Source of the DNA: Lama guanicoe
Lineage: Eukaryota
Reading direction: 5' to 3'
NCBI GenBank assembly: GCA_013239625.1
Contig: MU053561.1
Span: 2,155,818-2,219,817, forward strand
Length of the DNA stretch: 64,000 nt
Positions 1-12,738 of this stretch are shown here, piece after piece; the stretch's first letter is position 1; every line of letters starts with the position of its first letter. The notes below the pieces were generated by a model. That model saw nothing but the letters and a program-made list of their open reading frames with translations, did no database searches and was not told the origin of the DNA. The translations under genes were made by a program, and so were the position numbers.

Positions 1-261
1 TTATGTATAAAACAAGGAGGTGGAACTAGGTTGCTTTCTTGATTCTTTACTGCCCTTCCCCTCTTTACTAGGTTGTTTCTATTCCTTTTGGAATCTGTTG
101 CTAATGAAAATAATTAAAAATAGCAAATACAGTTGTGAGCTTATTTCAGTCCAGGTACATGGATTTTTCTTATTTAATTCTCCTAAAAATCCTGTATTAC
201 CCTCCTTTTACAGACAAAAAACATTTAAATTTTCTTAGGGTTAAGAAATTGAAATTTTCTT

Positions 262-420
262 AAGGGGAGAATAGGAAGTTATTGCTTAATGGTTTCAGAG
301 ACTGGAGTGATGAAAAAGTCTTGGAAATAGATAATGATGATGGTTGTAAAACATTGCTAATGTAATTACTAATGCCACTGGATTTTATACTTCTAGCAAA
401 TATCTTATTGCAAAAAATTT
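262..420 (+). mobile_element. Old L1 (L1MB/MC-like) 3' fragment
   Basis: gagttattgcttaatgg...tgatgaaaaagtcttggaaatagat...gatggttgtaaaacattg resembles the L1MB/MC 3' UTR. Confidence 0.65.
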
Positions 421-489
421 CTTTTAAAAAGAAATGTTAGGTCAGTCAACAAATTGCAGTCTCTCGCCATCTGAACCCATCCATGCTCT

Positions 490-827
490 TTTTAAAAAAA
501 TTTACAGCCTTATTGAGATGTAATTTTGGCATAACATGGGGTAAACTTAAGGTGTATATGATTTGATATATGCATATACTGTGCAGTGATTATAAGGTTA
601 GTTACCACATTCATCACCTCACATACATCTTTTTGATATGTGTGTGGTGAGAACATTTAAGACCTACTCTCATAGCAACTTTCAAGTATACAATACGGTG
701 TTGTTAACTATCATCCCTAGAACTTGTTCATCTTATAAATGGAGTTGGTACCCTTTGACTAACATCTCCCCACCTCCCCTCAACCTCCCAGCCCCTGGCA
801 ATCACCAGTCTACCCTGTTTCTATGAG
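490..827 (-). mobile_element. L1MA-like 3' end
   Basis: gtggtgagaacatttaagacctactctcatagcaactttcaagtatacaatac...cccctggcaatcacc is a typical reverse L1MA 3' UTR. Confidence 0.75.
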
Positions 828-1668
828 GAACTCATACTCTTAACATGAATGCTATCTGCATGTTGACAGGCTTTTAAACTAATGGAATAATGATGAAAAT
901 GTCAGGTACTTGGCAGACAGAGAGAGGCCCAGATTTTATCAAATTACAGTCACTGAGAGATCCTTATTCTTTTATCTGGTCCTGTCTTACTTGCTTCTGA
1001 AAAGATAAGTTCACAATTAATTCTGACATATCTATAATGTAAATTTCCTCGTTTAAATTTTTGATCAAGTTAAAATCCACTGTGCCAGGAAGAATTAGAT
1101 CTCAAGGATGTAAACTGGCTGCTATTTCAGGTTTTACTACCACCCTATTTGATGCTCCATGGGTACAGACTTTTAAGTGTCCTGTGCTTTTACAGTATCA
1201 ATAGATTAAACCACTGTCTACAGTCTAGCTGATCCTACTCCTCAAGTCTCTTGGGCCTATCTTTGCCTGAGAATCACTTAAAAAGGGTCAGGTCAGATTC
1301 TAATGTGACAGAATGAGATCCAGTGATCAAGGCAACTTTTAAGCTTGATGGTCTCAGAGGTGGGACTCGATTAGATCTCAGAGAGAACAGGCAGAGTCAT
1401 AGTATAAGATTGTCACACAGGTCTATAGTTTGTTTTCTTAAAATCAGATGGCATGAAAATTACCCTTTAAGCAAACTCTTCATCTTTCCATGACATCAAG
1501 AAATGTGAAGATTAGCTGAACCAAAAGAAACACTCCCTGAATGTGGGAGACCAAAGACTACCAGTGACTGTAAAAGCCAAAGCTGTTCTGTAAACAGGAA
1601 GATCTGAACTCTGTTGTCATCAGTGGGAACAAATGAAGGCTAAACAGACTGTTCGCTTAAAGAGCATC

Positions 1669-1674
1669 TTTATT
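1669..1674 (-). terminator. Candidate distal polyadenylation signal AATAAA
   Basis: Plus strand tttatt. About 25 nt downstream on the minus strand lies GTCTGTTTAG...TCATTTGTT, resembling a downstream element. Confidence 0.5.
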
Positions 1675-3127
1675 TAATCTTCAATATACAATATTACCTT
1701 TACTTTATAAAAATTACATATGGAGGACATGACTGGAAATCCGTTCAGGAGTGGCCAGTGGGTACTGATTTAGGGGATTATACTTGCCCCACCTATTAGT
1801 TTAAGGAAAAATTATACCAAAGAATTAGACCAGTGAGATTGAGAAATGGCATTTTAACTTCCAAATCCAGTGTAAAAACTGGGGATGCTTTATTCAATTA
1901 ATCCAACAAAAACTAACTTCCAAATTTTCTAAAAACTGACTTTTCCCAAGAAAGAGCTGAGCTTATCTCCACGGGGTTTTCTGGTACGCAATCTGCAGGA
2001 GAATTCTGTAGCATCTAACAGCTGCAAGACATTTGTAACGATATAAAATCCTCGGCATGGCAACATGTATGTAATGTGGACGTATGTCTCTGTGAATTCA
2101 CACTTAACATTCACACTGAGCCGAAGCCATCTGTACAGTATGCTGGACCTAGAAAGGCAACTCATTTATAATGTGTGCTTCCCCTTTCACTCCGAGTACA
2201 GGCTTCCCCTCCTCTAAAATTTCCAAATACAGTGAAATATTTGATAAACTTCAGAGTGGAAAATCTATTCCCAGGACGATCGGTACACTGCACTGTATAT
2301 ACGCACTAGCACTGTTGTGTCATTTCACGAGTTCTGCTGGGCTCAAGGTTTAAAACGGATAAGTCGTTAAACAGTAGAAGTGTAAGACTGAGGCTGAAGA
2401 TGCTTTAATTTAAATATGATGCAAACTGACATTCTGAAATAACGTTATTGACTTGAAAAGGATTTGAGGCAAGTGCAAGAAAAGAAGACGGGGAACTCCT
2501 CTTTCGGACACATCTTTTCTCTGCACTCCTCAGCCTTAGGCTGCTCTAGAGGTAAAAGGGGCGGTGCCCTTCTACAGTCTTAAAAAGAACAGTGGTTGCC
2601 AAATGGCAACTGAGGCACATAACCCATTTTCTGTTGCTTAAAAATTTTCAAGAGATTGGTTTCTTCAGCACAAAGGTCAGAAATTCTATCATATTCCTGT
2701 CAGAGGCCTCCCAAAGTATTCAAGCGGAGGAACTTTTGCAGCTCCAGCAATTCAGAGTCCTGGCCCAAAGGTCACAGAGCAGACAGAATGTGGAGCCAAT
2801 ATACTATTTTGACACCGCAGGGACCCTTCCTTTTGCACACTCTGGAATTGTGGCATTAAATGACAAGGCAAGGATAAGGGCTGATAGCATACCCCACGAA
2901 CAAAAAATATGCCTCTTTCAAGATAGCTGTATCATATTGAAACCTGAACAGATTCCAGTAGAGTGTATCTATCTTCAAGACAACAAATATATAGATTTAG
3001 GTTACACAAAAACATACAATTGTACATACATACATCGTTTTGCTTTGAAAATGAATTATGTACTCAAAACACAGATAAAAAATGCATATCAAAGATTTCA
3101 AGGTCTTACACCAATTAAATTGGGATC

Positions 3128-3342
3128 AAGGGTTACCAACTATGATCCGTGGGCCAAATCGAGCCCTTCGTGTTTCAGTAAGTGAAGTTTTGCTGGAGCA
3201 CAGCCACGCCCCTTCCCTCACATACTGTCTACACCTGCTTTCACGTCTCAACAGCACACTGAGTAGCAGAGAGAGACCGTACGGCTCACAAAGCCTAAAG
3301 TATTTATTATCTGGCCCTTCACAGGAAAGCGGGCTGATTCAT
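3128..3342. mobile_element. MER58A-like hAT-Charlie MITE within the putative 3' UTR
   Basis: gtgggccaaatc...gttttgctggagcacagccacgccc...gagaccgtacggctcacaaagcctaaagtatttattatctggcccttcacag. Confidence 0.8.
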
Positions 3343-3878
3343 TATAGATCACAAAGAACGTGATCTGCATGAGCTGAAGGAACAGAAAGTCATCTTCACC
3401 AGTGTTCCTGAAACAGAGTAAGTGCATTAAACTCCAGATCATATTTGGTTATTCAAATATCCTGCTTAGAATTTGTGCAGCCAAAACCAGTTAACAACTC
3501 CTGTTTGTTAATTAACAAACACAGACAGTATTAACAATGTCTCTGTGCACAATTATATTTATGTATATACCTATGTAAAGAGTGGATAAGATAGGAGCTA
3601 GCCAATTTGAGGGTAAGAGAACCTAAAGAAAAATAGGAACTCAAAAATACCATTACTAGGAACTGTTATTAGGAGCTTAGAAATATTTTAGTATATTTTT
3701 CTTTACATTTAAAATGGGGCCATTACTAGGACCCATAGCAGAGCATAAATCATGTACAACTGTAAATTTTACCCATGAATTATGTGACAAAATTTTTTGA
3801 ATATAAAATAACCAGCATTTCTATAAAACATTAACTTTCAATTATGTAATTAAAGTGATACAGCAAAATAAGAATGTT

Positions 3879-3888
3879 TTTATTTATT
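3879..3888 (-). terminator. Candidate proximal polyadenylation signal (overlapping AATAAATAAA)
   Basis: Plus strand tttatttatt in an AT-rich context, with TTTTGCTGTAT downstream on the minus strand. Confidence 0.4.
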
Positions 3889-6800
3889 TCTAAAGTAAAT
3901 ATTTTAATCAAAGTTGCATCAGAAATCAAGTATTTCTTTGACATTTTCCAAGGCGTTATAGTTATTAACTACAATTATAGCTGTTAGCATTATATAGTAA
4001 CACATTGTTTAAAATATATTATAAATCACTTCTTTTCTTCTTTAATTTAAATGAAATATAAAATTAAGGATTTTGTAACATGAATCATACTGGAAAACAT
4101 TTAAAATGATATGAACTACTCATACAGAAAATGCCACTGGAATCACAAAATGTTCTAATACTTGAAAGTGCCTAGCACAATGCGTGGCACACATTAGGTC
4201 CTCTGTGTTTGTTCACTCACTCTCTCATTCACTCATGCATTCATTTGAAGAAATCCAGGCCTAGGAGAAACTGCATGGTGAGAATGGCAAGCACAAGTTT
4301 TACCAACAAATTTGTAGTTTTGACAAAGATTTTGGCAATGGAGAATGGAGATGAGAAGTTCATGACCAAAATGTCAAACTACTTGGTTAGCATCTACCAA
4401 GTGAAGCCCTGGGTTGCCTGAGAAGACACCACAGAGAATCAGGGTCAACAGTCTACAAAAGGAATACATTCCTTCAATATTCAGGTTTGATTTTTACATA
4501 TAAACGTTTGCTCAAAGACAAGAATAAGTTGGTGTCAGAGATACATAAAACAGCACATCTGTGCAACCCACCAGGAAGTAAGAACCCTGTGACTGGGCAC
4601 TTACCTTTCTGCACTGAGACTTCTTTTTGGTTGGGGCCACATTCTCTTGGTTTAACAACTTTATACTGGTTTGAACCAAAAAGTGTGATTCTAAAATTCT
4701 AAAAGAAAAATAAATATAGAAGGTAGAGGGGTGTTCAACGTCTCTATTTTATTCTTTTGTGTCCCAAACGTTCTATCTACTCCACCTGTTTGTGCCAAAG
4801 GCACAAAGTAATGTGTCAGATTTTAAGGAGGCACCTGAAAAGGAACATCTCTAGGCTCTTTGCAGAAGGTCTTATAAATGTAATGAGTATTTAACCTGAG
4901 TAATAAGGATTACAAAATGCAAAAGACTGTAAAAGACAGAATGAAGTGAAGAATTGGAAACTAAGCAGAATATGGGATAAGGACTGATCTTGGAGAAAAT
5001 AATTTTTAAAATCTGTAACAGAAATAAAGCATGACACTGGCAAGCCATTTGTAGCTGACTTAAATTTAATTGCCTTTGGTATTCGGAGAAGGAAAAAAAA
5101 TGGAAGCACTGTTATAAGCTCTAGTTATCTCATCATCAGGGAAGGCAGGGAGATGGTGAAGACTCTCCCTCTGTCCCTCTCAAACTTCTTTGTTTGTACC
5201 AGAACTGGCCGCGACTGTACACTTCTCTGCCTTCTCTCAAGCTCAGTCATCTGAGAAATATAAACAGAGCACTTGGGGTGGGGGTTCTGTCTTCTCATTT
5301 CTTGAGAAGCTCCTGGGGAACCAAGGAGGCCCCTTTCCTCTGTGTTCCTCTAAATGAAGTGAGGGAAGGTTCACTGCCATCTACACAACTGTTCTGGGTC
5401 TTTTGCCAAGTCAAGCTTTTCATTTTTTTTAGTGACTCATAAGTGGGCCTGTGCTATTTTTGGGAGAAAAGCTAACACTTTTGAGAACCAAATACTTTCC
5501 CTTTTTCTTCTAAAGTCAGTCATCTATCCTTCTCATTTAAAATTAAAAAATTTTCAACTAGTAAAAGATATTACAATTTGAAAAGATTTACTAAAATTTA
5601 ACTCTCCTAAAGATTTAAATAATGCAACTGGCTCTACATCCTTGTTTTCTATGTACACAGAAAATCTTGAGGTGGTTATCATTTTATGGATCATTTGCTG
5701 AACTGTGAGGACTGTCTGACTACTTGTGGTAGAAGACGATCACCCTTAGAAAATATTTAATTACACTAATTTAGTAAACCTTTTTCCAATTTAAACCCAC
5801 CACATGCTAATAAAAGATTAAAAAGAAAAACTATCAAATAAGAAGATAAGCCTTCAGAATTCTAAGATGGGCTTCCTGCACACTGTTTCATAAAATCTTG
5901 AAATTCTGAGTAAATATCAAACTAATAATACTGCTCCCAACTATTACTGTCATAGAAGCTGTCTGTATTAAATGTAAAAAAAAGTGTCTTGCATTGTGAC
6001 AGAAATTCAAGGGACAGAAAATTTATGCCTTAGATATTTATCTTATAGTTCTTGATAAAATTTAAGTTCTTCCCCCCAAAATATAAAGAAATAATAATTT
6101 CTTTAAAAAGGAATATCATTGCAAAATCTATTGATGGTAAGAGAAAGCCACTTAGATATATCCCAAATTTAGTGTAGTATGATTAATTATACCACATTTT
6201 AACCACTAAAAATTATTTTGAAGCTATTCTGATTAATTCTTTCGATTTCTGTAAGTATTCTTAGAGGAAAAAAAAGCTGAGTTTATTTTTTACATATTTG
6301 TGAAAAGCTCACTCTTTGATGAGATAATAAATACAGGATCCTTGGTCCCAAGAATAGTTAAGGAAGTTTGACTGCATTTTGTTTCTGATTTAATAAATTA
6401 TCAAAGTAATTTGGCTCATCAAGGTAAATTCAGAGCTGCACAATAGTATAGTGAATTTTGCCAAGCCACATAAAGAAAGTTATAAATTGAGGGATTCTAC
6501 TAAGTTTATAATGAGGTTATAGTGGACAAAATTTACTTTGTAGATTTGCTGGTTTGGAAAAATAATCTCCTATCAACAAAACCAAGGCTTTCTCTTAGAA
6601 CAGGTTTCAAGGCAACAAACTGCAGCATTTCCCCCACTTTTGTCATGCTACCAACGCTAGATTGAACAACATGCACAAATCCCAAACCCAGGCTCGTAAA
6701 AAGTGGTTACGATAAACAGCAGTTTCAAGGATTCAATATGGAGACAAAGACATGAAAAGTACTCTTTGTGAGATCATGCTCCCAGAGAAAGCAAGTTTAA

Positions 6801-7443
6801 CCACAAAATTTCAGTGGAATAGACTGAGATTTGAAATGGTTGCCCGTCTGGTCATCTAATGGGGAACTTGAAAATTCACAGAGATAGGTACTCTGTTTCT
6901 TTTTCGAATCTTCTTGCTGCCGATGCAGTTATACAGTTCTTTTGTTCTTGTTTATTTTAATTTATTCTATTATTAAAAATAGAGGAAAAAAAGGATAAAC
7001 AATGTATAAACATTTTGATTTGAGAGCTGCTCCACTTTGGGAGGAAACAAGTATATAATTGGTTCCAAAGGCCATCTCTAATTCCTGCAAGGTGCTCCAC
7101 ACTCTCGGCTTATCCATAGGAAATCTAGCCTCCATATTCTAGGACTCTAAAAACAATCTAGTAGTTACAGGCATCATTTCTCATGTGACCATCTCGTTAA
7201 GAATCAAAGCACATCAGGTCTCTGTCCTGCACACACCAGGGTATGTTTTGGTCAGGTATAAAATGGAATCATTTCAAAGCTGAGATATTTACAAGGTGAA
7301 AAGTCTTGCGGGGAATAGTCACGTTTCACCCTGCCATGTTGACTTAAGAGGTCCAGGTTTTCAAAAGGCCCCTCTCCAGACTAATTTCTGTAGTGGTCCA
7401 TGTAAACAAAACACAGGTGAGAATGGTCTTTCTGGAGCTGCTT

Positions 7444-7614
<171 letters not shown>

Positions 7615-8965
7615 TCAACACAAAGATCGTGTGATCTTAGTTATAATGGCAGAGGATACCAATAACCTATTTTGAGCAGCTTTGATAAAAAAAAAAAGTA
7701 TCAGAGAATAAACCTCAGTCAAATGATTAAAAACACAAAAACAATGTAATCCAAAACAGTGCATACGAACAGCCAGTAAGATGAACAACTAAACCTCTGA
7801 AATATGACAATTAAAAAACAAATTCCACATACCTGTCTGAAGCATATAAAACAAGGCTGTAAAATGGCACAAAACAAACCAATTCATAATATTTCAGATA
7901 TTCTTTTAAAAATCAGATGTAAGATTAATCGTATGTTTTAGCAGCTAACAGAGCTCATAGTATAACCAGAAATAAATTATTTCACATTTATTAATAAACA
8001 CTGAGGAAAATAAGTAAAATACATTATTTGTACACAGCAAGGACTTTTACACACTCCTAATATATTATTTTTTGCAGTTCTTGGAGCAGGGATTACAAAT
8101 TGTTAAATAAAGGTTTCAGAAACATTTTGGATTTATAGGAGATTTAACAATTTATGTCTCTCTTAATTGGTAATAGCATTATTTATATGAAGGCAAGGAC
8201 TCCTGACCTCTCCATGAATACTGCAAGCCATAGTGGTAACTTAAAAGTTAAAAATGATAGTTTATACACACAATGATTTTTAACTATAATATCAGGCAAA
8301 TTCCAATCTGAATTCTATTAGGAGATCATCAAAGTAAGCACTAAAAAACAACTATATAGAGTCAGGGTATCTGGGTTCTAACTCCTCATCTTAGCAGTAA
8401 CTAGTTGAGCCATACCAGGCTTCAGTGAAGAATTCCTTTACAGTATTTTAGCTAAACTTACTTTGGTTTGCTTATCAACTTATAACTGGTAATGATGGAA
8501 TGGAGAGTAACAGCGTTTCTAATCTTACTCCTTGAGCCTAGGCCTTGAGATCTGCTTGACTTACTTATTCACCAGGTTACAGGCAGAGAAGTTGGAACTG
8601 AAAAAGACTTGGATGAACATAGCAAGGGCCTCTCTGTATGAAGACCAGAAGCATGAGCTGTTTGTGTCCTGGGCACAAGTAGGTCCAGGGAGCTATGTTC
8701 CGCGCAGTTCCATGTCTCTTGGTTGTATGTGGGCTCATGGATCAGGCTCACCCTAATCTCACCACTTCTTTGGAGAGGAGTAAGTGAAGGAATAGAAAGA
8801 GAAAATGCAACATCCTGCGAAATGAATCCTTTCCATGAGGGATGTTACAGAAGTATAAACACAATGTTGTAAGAATCGGTAAGATAATGAACGTGAAGGT
8901 TTTAGATAACAAAAGTGGTACTATTATTTTTAAAGAATCATTAAAAAAAATCCCCTTAATACTAT

Positions 8966-9363
8966 TGTAGGGGGTTGATTAGTGCCGCTCCTTCCTCTGC
9001 CTCCTACCAATTCATGTCCACCTGGAGCCTCAAATGTGACTTTATTTGGAAGTAGGGTCTTTGGGGATATAATTAGTCAAGGATCTCAAGAGGAAATCAC
9101 TCTGGTTTTAGGGTGCACCTTAAATCCAACAACTTGTATCTTTACAAGAGAAAGGCAAGAGACATTTGGACCCAGAGACACACATGGAAGAAAGTCATGT
9201 GAAGGTGGAGACAAAGACTGAAGTTATGCTCCCACCATCCAAGGGATACCTTCAGAGGAAATTGATTTCAGACTTCTGGCCTCCAAAACTGTGAGAGGAT
9301 AAATTTCTGTTAGGCCACCAAGTTTGTGGTAATTTGTCACGGCAGCCCTAGGAAACTGGCACA
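8966..9363 (+). mobile_element. MaLR solo LTR (MLT1B/C-like)
   Basis: TG...CA termini, aatgtgactttatttggaagtagggtcttt, cagacttctggcctccaaaactgtgagaggataaatttctgtt, gtttgtggtaatttgtcacggcagccctaggaaac. Confidence 0.85.
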
Positions 9364-9848
9364 CCTCCCACACTTGGGCTCTCTAGGACACCTCTGGGCC
9401 TTAAGCAGGGGTTTTAAATAAGACTGACCACTTCTTGGAGAGTCAATCTCTAGAGAGCAGAGGCCACACTACAGATATCCAGATATATTTAAAATTTTGT
9501 AGCAAAATAAATGTTAGAAATTAAAGTAATAAAGCTAAACAATTCATGTCAAGGACATGGTACGCTATTACTGATTTAAATTTAAGAATTTTAACCTGGC
9601 TTTTCAAAATAGAATAGCTGGAGAAGTGTGTGCGATCTTTGCTGTGAAAGTTGAGAAAAGTCTACAATCTAACTTAGCTATCAGACTACTAGATATTTTT
9701 TCTTCTCATAAAGATTTTAAAACTGTAGTTCAAAGTTAAAGATAATAGATGACAAATGGCATGTTGACAAAGGCCTGTACGTATATAAAAAGGTGCTATT
9801 AAGTACTTCAGCTTTATTGGATGTCTTGATTGCTTTTTAGAGCTATTT

Positions 9849-9965
9849 GGGGGGGGTAATTAGGTTTACTTACTTATTTTTTGGAGGAGGTACTGGGGAT
9901 TGAACCTGGGACCTCATGCATGCCAAACATGAGCTTTACCACTTGAGCTACACCCTCCCTGCACC
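9849..9965 (-). mobile_element. Camelid tRNA-derived SINE (Vic-1 type)
   Basis: Minus strand reads GGGAGGGTGTAGCTCAAGTGGTAAAG (A box) ... GGTTCAATCCCCAGTACCTCC (B box) ... AAACCTAATTACCCCCCC. TSD agagctattt at 9839-9848 and 9966-9975. Confidence 0.88.
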
Positions 9966-11056
9966 AGAGCTATTTTTAAATACTATTCACATACGTCTCT
10001 TTCATCTTCCTCTTATCTTTAAAGACAAGACATACAGAGGTGATGGTGCTAGAAGTCATCTCAATCTAAGTGTTGGTGGTAACCACCAAATAGGTTAAGT
10101 TTTACAGAAAGAACAGTCAATTAAGTCTGAGGAGAAACATCTAAGTGTCTATGGAGAAATGGTAAGGCTAAAAGAACCTTAAGTTAAATTGTTCTTCACT
10201 TAATCCTTTACGTTTGTCAAATGAGCCTTGATGACTTGTTTATTCTTTTTCACAACTACCAACGGCAATGCCCAGGGTATTATGGATAGATGTTACAACT
10301 CTAGAGGCTTACATTAGGGACTACAAATAACTCATAAGAAAACCTCAGATTGTTTGAAAAATAATTTACTTAAACCTTCCATTCCCTTGTACTCCTAATG
10401 TTTAAATAATGTCTTAGAAACAGACTCGTGAGAAATCAAACTAAACTGAAGACACTCAGTGGAAATTATTTCTAAAACCTCTCCAAAAGATCTGCCTCTC
10501 TCTGTCTTTCCCCACACCTCTTCTCAAATCTCAGAGTTGTTTCTTGAGGGGAAGGAGTAGGGAAGGAAAAAATATTGAAACAAATGTGGGTATATTATAG
10601 ATTCAAATGTAGTTTTAAAAAGATGACCTGAACGAGGCAGAACATTTCTGGTATCTGCAATGGTTTAGGCTTTAACCTGATATATAAGGAAGCTGGAGAA
10701 AATTCATTTTCCTCTGCGTTTAGGGGTCAAGTAAGTTGGGATGGTTTTCCTTTAGGATAGAGGATACCTAAACCACATAAACAGTGGGGGTTATCTCATA
10801 TAACAAAAAGCCCAGAGGCAGATGATAACAAAGGTTGGTTAATTCAGTAGTAAAACACTGTCAGATCTCTGGGCTTTTAAAGATTAATGAAAAAATATTA
10901 AATTTCTTCTGATGCCAAAAGACCTTATCCCTTTTTTCCCTTTTCTTAGGTCATTGCCTTGAAAAAACTTCCAATTGTCCCTTTCATTTGTATGTAAATC
11001 TTTTTAAAAGCTTCATAAACCTCTTGCCAGCTTTATAATCTAGGAATGTTTTTCTT

Positions 11057-12299
11057 TTTGGGGGGGGGGTTGTTATTCTTTTATTAAGTAAATAAGCTCC
11101 ATCAAATACAGCCATTGCCAAATCTTGAAAAACTTTCAGAGGCAGACTACAAGAGGATTGCATTTTTCTCTTGGTTTGCTTTTACTATCTAGTTTATCAC
11201 AGATCAGTTAATACTCATTTACATTAAATAACTCAAAAAAGCTAAACTCAGAGATTTTATTATGATCTTCTTGACATTTCTTTTTTTTAAACATTTTTTA
11301 TTGATTTATAATCATTTTACAATGTTGTGTCAAATTCTAGTGTTCAGCACAATCTTTCAGTCATACATGGACATATACACACTCACTATCACATTTTTCC
11401 CTCTGGATTCCCTGTGCTATACAGTATAATCTTGTTTATCTATTCTACAATTTTGAAATCCTAGTCTATCCCTTCCCACCCTCCGCCCCCCTGGCCAACC
11501 ACAACTCTGTATTCTATGTTTATGAGTCTATTTCTGTCCTGTATTTACGCTTTGTTTTGTTTGTTTGTTTTTGGTTTTGTTTTTTAGATTCCACATATGA
11601 GCGATCTCATATGGTATTTTTCTTTCTCCTTCTGGCTTACTTCACTTAGAATGACATTCTCCAGGAGCATCCATGTTGCTGCAAATGGCATTATGTTGTC
11701 GGTTTTTATGGCTGAGTAGTATTCCATGGAGAAAATTTTTGCCAAATGAAACCAACAAAGGCTTGATCTCCAAAATATATAAGCAGCTCATACGACTCAA
11801 TAAGAAAAAAATAAACAACCCAATCCAAAAATGGGCAGAAGACCTAAACAAGCAATTCTCCAAGGAAGACATACAAATGATCAAAAGGCACATGAAAAAA
11901 TGATCAATATCACTAATTATCAGAGAAATGCAAATCAAAACTACAATGAGGTATCACCTCACACCAGTCAGAATGGCCGTCATTCAAAAATCCACAGATG
12001 ACAAATGCTGGAGAGGCTGTGGAGAAAGGGGAACCCTCCTACACTGCTGGTGGGAATGCAGTTTGGTGCAGCCACTGTGGAAAACAGTGTGGAGATTCCT
12101 CAAAAGACTAGGAATAGACTTACCGTATGAACCAGGAATCCCACTTCTGGGCTTATATCCAGAAGGAACCCTACTTCAGGATGACACCTGCACCCCAATG
12201 TTCATAGCAGCACTATTTACAATAGCCAAAACATGGAAACAGCCTAAATGTCCATCAACAGGTGACTGGATAAAGAAGATGTGGTATATATTTATACAA
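11057..12299 (-). mobile_element. Young camelid L1 insertion, 5'-truncated, with 5' inversion and 3' transduction
   Basis: TSD taggaatgtttttctt at 11041-11056 and 12300-12315. 11281-11727 is the L1 3' end on the minus strand. 11728-12299 is the ORF2 C-terminal region on the plus strand ([18 protein letters not shown]). 11057-11280 is non-L1 sequence. Confidence 0.9.
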
Positions 12300-12548
12300 T
12301 AGGAATGTTTTTCTTAAAAGGCCTGGGAGCCATGCCTTTGAAATGTAAACACCAGAGAAGACAGCACCCCAATCTCCTTGTCCCTGGAAGGTTAGGTGCC
12401 TTTCTCCAAGCTCTAACTACCCACTTGTTATAAAGATTAAAAAGTATTATTTTTCTCTTGGATAAAGGCAACGAATATAGATGGCCACCCAATTACCACG
12501 TGAATTTAGAATGAACTATGTATAGCAAGTGATGCTGTCAAGAAAGTG

Positions 12549-12738
12549 CCCTTGACCCTTGAACAATGTGGGGGTTAATCCAAGTTCTGTATCCACAGGC
12601 CCTCCCCATAGTCGTTCCTCCACGTCTGCGGATTCAACCAACCTTGAATATGTACTACCATAGTATTTATTATTGGTAAATATCCACGTGTAAGTGGAAC
12701 TCACGTAGTTCAAACCCGTGTTGCTCAAGGGTCAACTG
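12549..12738. mobile_element. MER8-like Tigger2-derived MITE
   Basis: TIRs (c)ccttgacccttgaacaa ... ttgctcaagggtcaactg, flanked by tg/tg (possibly a decayed TA TSD). Same TIR as the element at 24115-27480. Confidence 0.85.

Larger units (their letters stand above)
1650..7443 (-). other. MAN1A2: Probable long 3' UTR of MAN1A2 (up to ~5.8 kb)
   Basis: Repeat-poor stretch after the stop codon that ends at an AATAAA (1674-1669) followed by a GU/U-rich tract. The end point is inferred, with no transcript data. Confidence 0.6.

Noticed and set aside
2592..3185. 197 aa plus-strand ORF
   Set aside because: GTG start, no recognisable domain, antisense to the MAN1A2 3' UTR and ending inside MER58A. 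Most likely a chance ORF.
9849..9965. tRNA gene (also 38029-38190)
   Set aside because: The tRNA-like head is followed by a SINE body and tail with TSDs, and no intact cloverleaf is evident.
11928..12302. 124 aa Cys/His-rich ORF as a zinc-finger gene
   Set aside because: It is the C-terminal part of L1 ORF2 in a truncated, inverted insertion, with an upstream in-frame stop at 11901-11903.
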